Both the position numbers and the translations under genes were made by a program. DNA of 64,000 nt from positions 1 through 64,000 of the forward strand of contig JAVRCV020000071.1 of assembly GCA_034530615.2 (NCBI GenBank), in the 5' to 3' direction. The notes under the pieces were generated by a model that saw only the letters and a list, made by a program, of their open reading frames with translations, did not search any database and had not been told where the DNA came from. The first letter of the stretch is position 1; every line of letters begins with the position of its first letter. This stretch comes from Aulosira sp. ZfuVER01. Its GTDB lineage: Bacteria; Cyanobacteriota; Cyanobacteriia; Cyanobacteriales; Nostocaceae. Below, one piece after another: positions 57,913 to 64,000 of the stretch.

Positions 57913-59013
57913 TTAGCTTGTAGCACCAGAAGCCGCTAACTCTGCTAAACGTTCCTGCTGGTCTTGAGAGATACAAGATTGAATAACTGACTCTAAATCA
58001 CCTTCCAACACAGGGTTAAGGGAATAGTTTTGACCCAGACGATGGTCAGTAACGCGGTTGTCTTTATAATTGTAGGTGCGAATTTTTTCTGATCGCGATC
58101 CTGTACCAACTTGCGATCGCCGCATGGAAGTTACAGCTTCTTGTTGTTCGCGCAGCTTCATTTCGTACAGTTTCGCCCGCAAAATTTGCAGCGCCCGTTC
58201 TTTGTTTTGCAACTGGCTACGTTCTTCTGTACAGAAAATACGGATACCAGTGGGTTTGTGGAACAAGTCAGCAGCCGTTTCCACCTTGTTGACGTTTTGT
58301 CCACCAGCACCACCAGAACGAGCTGTGGTCATTTCAATATCCTTCGGGTCAATGTGAATTTCCACATCATCGACCTCTGGCATGATTGCCACTGTAGCTG
58401 TGGAAGTATGAACCCTTCCCCCGGCTTCGGTTGCAGGTACACGCTGTACGCGATGTACTCCAGCTTCAAACTTGAGCTTGCTGTAAACACTCTCACCCTG
58501 AATTTCCAGGATTACTTCTTTAAAACCGCCCATTTCACCTAGTGACTCGCTCACTAGTTTCACTCTCCAACCCTGTCCGTCAGCGTAGCGAGAGTACATC
58601 CGCAGTAAATCACCTGCCCAAATACTCGCTTCATCGCCGCCCGTACCAGCCCGAATTTCCAACATGATGTTTTTATCATCGTTGGGATCGCGGGGTAGCA
58701 ACAATATTTTTAAACGGTTTTCTAAATATTCCAGCTTTTGTTCTAGTTCGTCTACTTCCAGGGCTGCCATTTCTTGCAACTCTGGGTCACTCGCTGATTC
58801 TTTGTAAACCTGACGCGCTCCGATCAAGTCTTCTTGGGCTGCTTTCCAAGTTTCATAGGTATCAACTACCTCTTCCAAAGAAGAACGAGACTTAGCAATT
58901 TGTTGATACTCATCAGGATTGCTAGCGGTATCAGGGTCGCCAAGACGACGAGTTAATTCATTAAAGGTTTGTTCAACGGACTTTAGTTTGTCCAGCAGGT
59001 ATGATTCAGCCAT
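57913..59013 (-). CDS. prfA: Peptide chain release factor 1
   Basis: PAT (PxT) motif, GGQ, GTGGDEA. Confidence 0.98.
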   Translation of the reverse strand: MAESYLLDKLKSVEQTFNELTRRLGDPDTASNPDEYQQIAKSRSSLEEVVDTYETWKAAQEDLIGARQVYKESASDPELQEMAALEVDELEQKLEYLENRLKILLLPRDPNDDKNIMLEIRAGTGGDEASIWAGDLLRMYSRYADGQGWRVKLVSESLGEMGGFKEVILEIQGESVYSKLKFEAGVHRVQRVPATEAGGRVHTSTATVAIMPEVDDVEIHIDPKDIEMTTARSGGAGGQNVNKVETAADLFHKPTGIRIFCTEERSQLQNKERALQILRAKLYEMKLREQQEAVTSMRRSQVGTGSRSEKIRTYNYKDNRVTDHRLGQNYSLNPVLEGDLESVIQSCISQDQQERLAELAASGATS

Positions 59014-59114
59014 GATGAGTGCGATCGCTCCTTAAAATAACAAATTGGCTCGGCAAAAAATGACAATCGACCCAGCTCAATTGCAGGGTCGTCGTTAACA
59101 GCAGAGCCAACCCG

Positions 59115-59354
59115 CTACTTTTTGTCTGTGTCGCCTGAGGTTTGAGTGCTGCTCATACCGTATTTGCGAAGGAAACGCTCTACTCGACCCTCAGTATCAA
59201 TAATCTTCTGGGTTCCGGTGTAAAATGGGTGGTTTCCAGACCAAACATCTACGTGCAGTTCTGGCTTAGTAGAGCCAACAGTCATTACAACTTGACCGTT
59301 ACAGTAAACTTTTGCATCTGGATACCACTTGGGATGAATATCAGATTTAGCCAT
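59115..59354 (-). CDS. rpmE: 50S ribosomal protein L31
   Basis: MAKSDIHPKWY...HPFYTG...GRVERF. Confidence 0.97.
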   Translation of the reverse strand: MAKSDIHPKWYPDAKVYCNGQVVMTVGSTKPELHVDVWSGNHPFYTGTQKIIDTEGRVERFLRKYGMSSTQTSGDTDKK

Positions 59355-59462
59355 TGTTCCTTTTGTGGTGAATCTATATAAATTATAACTTTCAGATGGA
59401 GTCAAGAATTAGGGTTTAGGGACTCGAGACTAGGTAATCGATGATTAACAATACCCAATGAC

Positions 59463-59530
59463 GACAGTCGCTACCCTTCGGGAACGCCTGACGGCGAACA
59501 AGTCGGCAAAGCCGCCCACAGCGCTGTCTC
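59463..59530. repeat. SDR-type element with nested insertion, flanked by CCCAATA/CCCAATG heptamers
   Basis: GACAGTCGCT...CGGCAAAGCCG...GCGCTGTC. Confidence 0.55.
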
Positions 59531-59546
59531 CCCAATACCCAATTCT

Positions 59547-59966
59547 TTATCGTTTCGAGTACTGAGGTGCTTTCCGAGCTTTGTGCAAACCGTATTTTTT
59601 CCGTTCTTTGGCTCGTGGATCACGAGTTAGGTAGCCTTCTATTTTTAGAGGTGAACGGTTATCGGGATCTAGCTGGCATAAGGCGCGAGCAACTCCCAGG
59701 CGAATAGAATCAGCCTGTCCGGTTAAGCCACCACCTTCGGCTTTCACCAAAATGTCATATTCGTTCTCCAGCCCTAGAGTTTCTAGAGGCCCTTTGATCA
59801 CACCAAGATAGTTGGCGTTGAATTGGAAGTACAAGTTTCCATCTTTACCATTCACAGTCAATTGACCGCTACCGGGAACCAAGCGAACTCTTGCTACTGC
59901 GGACTTACGACGACCAGTACCCCAGTAGACGGCGCGACCACTTGTTGTTTCTGCTACTGCTACCAT
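59547..59966 (-). CDS. rpsI: 30S ribosomal protein S9
   Basis: [21 protein letters not shown]. Confidence 0.98.
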   Translation of the reverse strand: MVAVAETTSGRAVYWGTGRRKSAVARVRLVPGSGQLTVNGKDGNLYFQFNANYLGVIKGPLETLGLENEYDILVKAEGGGLTGQADSIRLGVARALCQLDPDNRSPLKIEGYLTRDPRAKERKKYGLHKARKAPQYSKR

Positions 59967-60421
59967 TAACTTTCTGCTCCAGGAATTGTATTAACTTTTA
60001 GTTCTTTAGGTTGTTGTGCTGCATGGGGATGAGTTGGGCCAGCATAAACTTTCAGCTTGGTGAACAACTGCTTACCTAGGCTATTTTTGGGTAACATCCC
60101 TTTGACAGCGTGTTCTACAATTCTTTCTGGTAGACGCTGTTGCAGCTTGGCAAAGGTTTCTGTCTTCATTCCACCAGGACGGCCTGAATGGCGACGGTAA
60201 AGCTTTTGAGTACGTTTTTTACCTGTGACTGCTATTTTCTCAGCATTGATCACAATCACAAAATCACCTGTGTCTAGGTGGGGAGTATACTCGGCTTTCT
60301 TTTTGCCTCTCAAAACCATAGCGATTTCACTAGCGAGGCGACCGAGACGTTGGTCTGTGGCATCTACGATGTACCACTCACGCTCAAGCGTTTCTTGAGG
60401 AGGAAGGTATGTTTTAGTCAT
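59966..60421 (-). CDS. rplM: 50S ribosomal protein L13
   Basis: [23 protein letters not shown]. Confidence 0.98.
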   Translation of the reverse strand: MTKTYLPPQETLEREWYIVDATDQRLGRLASEIAMVLRGKKKAEYTPHLDTGDFVIVINAEKIAVTGKKRTQKLYRRHSGRPGGMKTETFAKLQQRLPERIVEHAVKGMLPKNSLGKQLFTKLKVYAGPTHPHAAQQPKELKVNTIPGAES

Positions 60422-60506
60422 TTATCATTTGTCCTTTGTCATTTTTGTCTCTTACAAAGTTCTGATCGGAGGAAATTTCCGCTCAGACTTTGCGCTTTGT
60501 CAGTTG

Positions 60507-61391
60507 TCAGTTGTCATTTGTCATTAGACTATTGCCTATTAAATCTTGACTTTTGACCATTGACTCTTGACTAAAAACGAATTTTGGCAGATTTTCATAC
60601 CAAACATCTGGGGAAAAGGGGAAATCTGGATAGCCGACTCGCAACAAGCACAAGCCTTGGGCAGGTGCGGCATATTTCACTTCTTCCCGCTGTTCTGATT
60701 TCCACAGTTCAGTAAAGTTAGCCAGAGTGCGCTTTCCAGTACCTACTTGTACCAGCATCCCTACCAACAGCCTTACCATCCCATACAAAAATCCATCTGC
60801 CTGGATTTCAATATGAAGTAATGGCCCGTTGCGATGACACTCTGCTGCTTGTACTTCTACCCAAGAATGCGATCGCTTTGAGCCTGCACGGTGAAAAGCA
60901 GCCAAATGATGCTTTCCCAGCAGGGGGTTTAGGGCAGCTTTGATTAAGGATTCATCTAGGGGTGCATAATAATAATGCCAACTGAAGGGTCTGACGAACA
61001 AGTTCGGTTGATCTTCAGTGTATATCGTGTAGCGATAGCGTCGATAGGCTGCACTAAAGCGAGCGTGCCAACGATTACCTACACCTGCTGAAGCCCTGAT
61101 TAAAATATCATGAGGCAAATAGCTATTAAGGATGGCTGCCCATTTATGAGGTGGAATCAAACCTGTGGCTTCAAAATGGGCTACTTGGGCTGCGGCATGA
61201 ACTCCCGCATCGGTTCTGCCTGCACCATGTAGTGTCACATGATACCCAAGAATTTTAGCGATCGCTATTTCTATCTCTTCTTGAACTGTACGCTGCTGCT
61301 TTTGCCTTTGCCAGCCATGAAAATGAGTGCCCAGGTATTGGATTACCAGGGCTACTCTGTGAGTTCCTGTTGGCTGGTGGCTTTCTAACAT
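60507..61391 (-). CDS. truA: tRNA pseudouridine(38-40) synthase
   Basis: GWQRQ, GRTDAGVHA, FLYGMVR. Confidence 0.97.
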   Translation of the reverse strand: MLESHQPTGTHRVALVIQYLGTHFHGWQRQKQQRTVQEEIEIAIAKILGYHVTLHGAGRTDAGVHAAAQVAHFEATGLIPPHKWAAILNSYLPHDILIRASAGVGNRWHARFSAAYRRYRYTIYTEDQPNLFVRPFSWHYYYAPLDESLIKAALNPLLGKHHLAAFHRAGSKRSHSWVEVQAAECHRNGPLLHIEIQADGFLYGMVRLLVGMLVQVGTGKRTLANFTELWKSEQREEVKYAAPAQGLCLLRVGYPDFPFSPDVWYENLPKFVFSQESMVKSQDLIGNSLMTNDN

Positions 61392-61399
61392 ACAGATTT

Positions 61400-61472
61400 T
61401 GTTCTTTGTCATTTGTCTTGTGTCATTTGTCTTTTGTCTTTTGCAAATGACTAATGACCAATGACTAATGAC
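61400..61472. repeat. STRR-type heptamers (TTTGTCA)n / (AATGACT)n
   Basis: Tandem units in inverted arrangement between rplQ and truA; similar blocks at about 36665-36720, 41705-41860 and 60415-60570. Confidence 0.75.
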
Positions 61473-61823
61473 TTAAACTAGTTCAATAATGGCCATCTCA
61501 GCATTATCGCCCTTACGAGGAACTGTATGCAGGATGCGGGTATAACCGCCTTGACGGTTAGCATATCGAGTGGGAGCTTGCTCAAACAGAGCATGGACTA
61601 GTTGTTTATCGTAGATATAGCCTAGAGCTTGGCGACGTGCTGCTAAGGAGCCGTCTTTAGCTAAGGTAATCATTTTATCTACTTCAGAGCGTAGTACTTT
61701 AGCTCGAATTAAAGTAGTAGTAATCCGTCCATGACGAACTAGCTCAGTAGTCAGCGCACGCAACAAAGCACGACGCTGGTCTGCTGGTTTACCAAGTTTT
61801 TTGACCCGACAACGGTGACGCAT
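61473..61823 (-). CDS. rplQ: 50S ribosomal protein L17
   Basis: MRHR...GGYTRI...GDNA. Confidence 0.98.
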   Translation of the reverse strand: MRHRCRVKKLGKPADQRRALLRALTTELVRHGRITTTLIRAKVLRSEVDKMITLAKDGSLAARRQALGYIYDKQLVHALFEQAPTRYANRQGGYTRILHTVPRKGDNAEMAIIELV

Positions 61824-61856
61824 AATAATGCACTATCAATTACTAACGGTTTTGAC

Positions 61857-62804
61857 TTAGCTGTGTTTAGAGCTTCTTTCTTGGGGCAGGGTAATGCCTA
61901 AGCGTCGTTGTAAAGCTTCAACTACTTCTTCCGCTGACTTCTGACCAAAGTTTTTAATTTCTAACAGGTCTTCTTGGGTATAATCCAACAAGTCGGCTAC
62001 AGAGTTAACTTGTGCTCGCTTGAGACAGTTATATGCCCGTACAGAAAGCTGCAACTCTTCGATCGGAATTTGGGCGGTGGGATCGTCTGGAATATCTGAA
62101 CCTGTATCGGTGGGTTCTAGTGAAATATCTTTCAATGGGTTAAATAAATCTACCAGAATCCCCGCAGCAGATGATAGTGCTTCTTGGGGGGATACACTAC
62201 CATTTGTCCAAACTTCCAATAGCAATCGGTCTTTAGTGATTGAGCCATCCCCACGGGCTTCTTCGACACTATAGTTGACCTTTCGTACTGGCATAAACAC
62301 CGAGTCGATTTGCAGAAAGTCCAAAGACGTGGCTTCTTCCCTTCCTCGTTCTACGGTGCGATAACCTTTACCTTTTTCGATCCTAAATTCCATTTCTAGC
62401 TTGCCGCCTTCAGCTAAGGTGGCTACATATTGGGTCGGATCGATGACTTCTACTTCACTTGGCAAATCAAAATGTGCCGCAGTGACTACGGTGGGACCGT
62501 TCACAAGTAGTCGCCCAATTTGAGGTTGAGAAGAGTAGCTTTTGAGAATAACTTCCTTCATTCTCATCAAGATTTCCAGCACGTCTTCCCGCACGCCTGG
62601 GACTGTGGCAAACTCGTGTGAAACGCCTGCAATCCGCACTGCTGTAACTGCTGTTCCCTCTAGGTTGGACAGTAAAACGCGCCTTAAGGCGTTGCCAACT
62701 GTCGTTCCTTGACCGCGTTCTAGAGGTTCCAAGACAAATTTACTGTAATGGCTTCGACTTTCCTCAGTAGTAGACTCTACACATTCAATTTGAAACTGCG
62801 CCAC
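61857..62804 (-). CDS. rpoA: RNA polymerase alpha subunit
   Basis: EPLERGQGTTVGNALRR; alphaCTD LSVRAYNCLKR; GTG start with GGGAGG SD. Confidence 0.98.
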   Translation of the reverse strand: MAQFQIECVESTTEESRSHYSKFVLEPLERGQGTTVGNALRRVLLSNLEGTAVTAVRIAGVSHEFATVPGVREDVLEILMRMKEVILKSYSSQPQIGRLLVNGPTVVTAAHFDLPSEVEVIDPTQYVATLAEGGKLEMEFRIEKGKGYRTVERGREEATSLDFLQIDSVFMPVRKVNYSVEEARGDGSITKDRLLLEVWTNGSVSPQEALSSAAGILVDLFNPLKDISLEPTDTGSDIPDDPTAQIPIEELQLSVRAYNCLKRAQVNSVADLLDYTQEDLLEIKNFGQKSAEEVVEALQRRLGITLPQERSSKHS

Positions 62805-63151
62805 GGAGTTTCCTCCCTCTGTTTAAGGTGCTGCTAGTAGGCAAATAGATTGCCTCCCGAATTTAGTTCTTGCCCTGAAGCTTACTCTAGGTGTATCAAT
62901 TAGCCAACTGCAAATGTTGCTATTTGATGTTTTACTTCGGCTCGTGGGCGCTATTATTTAATTTTGGGTTTTCCGAAGTTGGGTAAACCTCCTTCAGAAA
63001 GCATTTGATAGTCTTTCGGTTACCCAAGCCGTCTGAAGTTCCAAAGCCACAATCTTGCCACAGCAGTTTGCAAGCTAAAAATTCCAGCAGGCATGACAGG
63101 TGACTTTTCCTTGCTCGAATTTTTTGCTGCCACCGCCCCAAAGGATTGGAT

Positions 63152-63547
63152 TTAAACTCGGCGGCGCTTAGGTGGACGGCAACCATTATGAGGAATTGGA
63201 GTAATATCCCGAATTAGTGTAATTTCCAGTCCTGCTCCTTGGAGTGCGCGGATGGCAGTTTCTCTACCTGCACCAGGGCCACTCACCATGACCTCAATTT
63301 GACGCATTCCTTGGTCGATAGCTCTACGGGCGGCACTTTCAGCAGCAGTTTGTGCCGCAAAGGGAGTTCCTTTTTTGGCACCTTTAAAACCGCTAGAACC
63401 AGCACTTGCCCAAGAAATTACATCACCGTTTTGATCGGTAATGGTGACAATGCTATTGTTGAAAGTAGACTGGATGTAAGCCATACCGTTGGGTACATTC
63501 CGCTTCTGCTTCTTGCTCCCGGATTTTTTGGTTGGTTGTCGCGCCAT
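63152..63547 (-). CDS. rpsK: 30S ribosomal protein S11
   Basis: [27 protein letters not shown]. Confidence 0.98.
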   Translation of the reverse strand: MARQPTKKSGSKKQKRNVPNGMAYIQSTFNNSIVTITDQNGDVISWASAGSSGFKGAKKGTPFAAQTAAESAARRAIDQGMRQIEVMVSGPGAGRETAIRALQGAGLEITLIRDITPIPHNGCRPPKRRRV

Positions 63548-63601
63548 AGTTGTGTAGTGAATTTAAGGTAAACCTTGCTCGGATGAGCAAGCATGAAAAT
63601 A

Positions 63602-63982
63602 TTATTTGCCTGGTGCTTTCTTCTTCCCAGCCACAGTTTGCCTTCTACCACGACGGGTTCTGGCATTTGTGCGAGTTCTTTGTCCTCTGACTGGTAAGCC
63701 CATGCGATGACGACGCCCTCTGTAAGTCCCAATGTCCACGAGGCGCTTGATGTTCATCGCTTCCCAGCGGCGCAAGTCCCCTTCGACTTGATAGTTACTT
63801 TCGATTTCTCCTCGCAGAGCAGCAACATCAGCATCACTGAGTTCTTTAACGCGGGTGTCTGGGTTAACACCTGTAGTCGCTAAAATTTCTTGCGACCTAG
63901 ATAAACCAATTCCGTAGATGTAGGTCAGACCAATCTCAACGCGCTTATCGCGTGGCAGGTCTACTCCGGCAATACGTGCCAC
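63602..63982 (-). CDS. rpsM: 30S ribosomal protein S13
   Basis: [26 protein letters not shown]. Confidence 0.98.
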   Translation of the reverse strand: MARIAGVDLPRDKRVEIGLTYIYGIGLSRSQEILATTGVNPDTRVKELSDADVAALRGEIESNYQVEGDLRRWEAMNIKRLVDIGTYRGRRHRMGLPVRGQRTRTNARTRRGRRQTVAGKKKAPGK

Positions 63983-64000
63983 AATGAATTTCTCCCTCTT

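Noticed and set aside
62932..63186. 84-aa ORF in the rpsK-rpoA spacer
   Set aside because: Starts inside rpsK out of frame, no recognisable motif; RNA structure is the better explanation

Overview
Chromosomal segment of a filamentous, most likely heterocyst-forming cyanobacterium (Nostocales). This is inferred from dense HIP1 octamers (GCGATCGC), STRR-type heptamer repeats, SDR mini-repeats and a gene order matching my recollection of the Anabaena PCC 7120 all4160-dgdA and S13-L31 regions. Left (0.3-19.5 kb) is an accessory signalling/secretion block. It holds a TpsA-TpsB-CHAT protease operon, a divergent COP23 gene, a membrane protein with MshEN-like motifs, three exact-period 480-bp STAND-like helical repeats and TPRs, and an orphan DXCF cyanobacteriochrome chemoreceptor. 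It ends with a three-gene unit of a catalytically dead HtrA-like protease, an active HtrA-like protease and an atypical NarL/LuxR regulator. Middle (19.8-45.9 kb) is mostly conserved genes: murJ, STAS-sugar transferase, queE, natFGH-bgtA, a GT4, rsfS, asparaginase, tRNA-fMet, an orphan C5 DNA methyltransferase, deoC, recO, MFS and dgdA. A small conflict/defence hotspot follows (46-51 kb) with a dead TA remnant, higBA, an IS5 remnant and an EACC1-caspase pair. The right end has secG, gpmI, an ABC-F, an Rpn nuclease with a candidate internal antitoxin start, prfA and the distal ribosomal/alpha operon. Intergenic DNA contains nested MITE/REP/SDR elements and two fused pseudogene fragments. All calls come from motif recognition by eye; no database searches were run.
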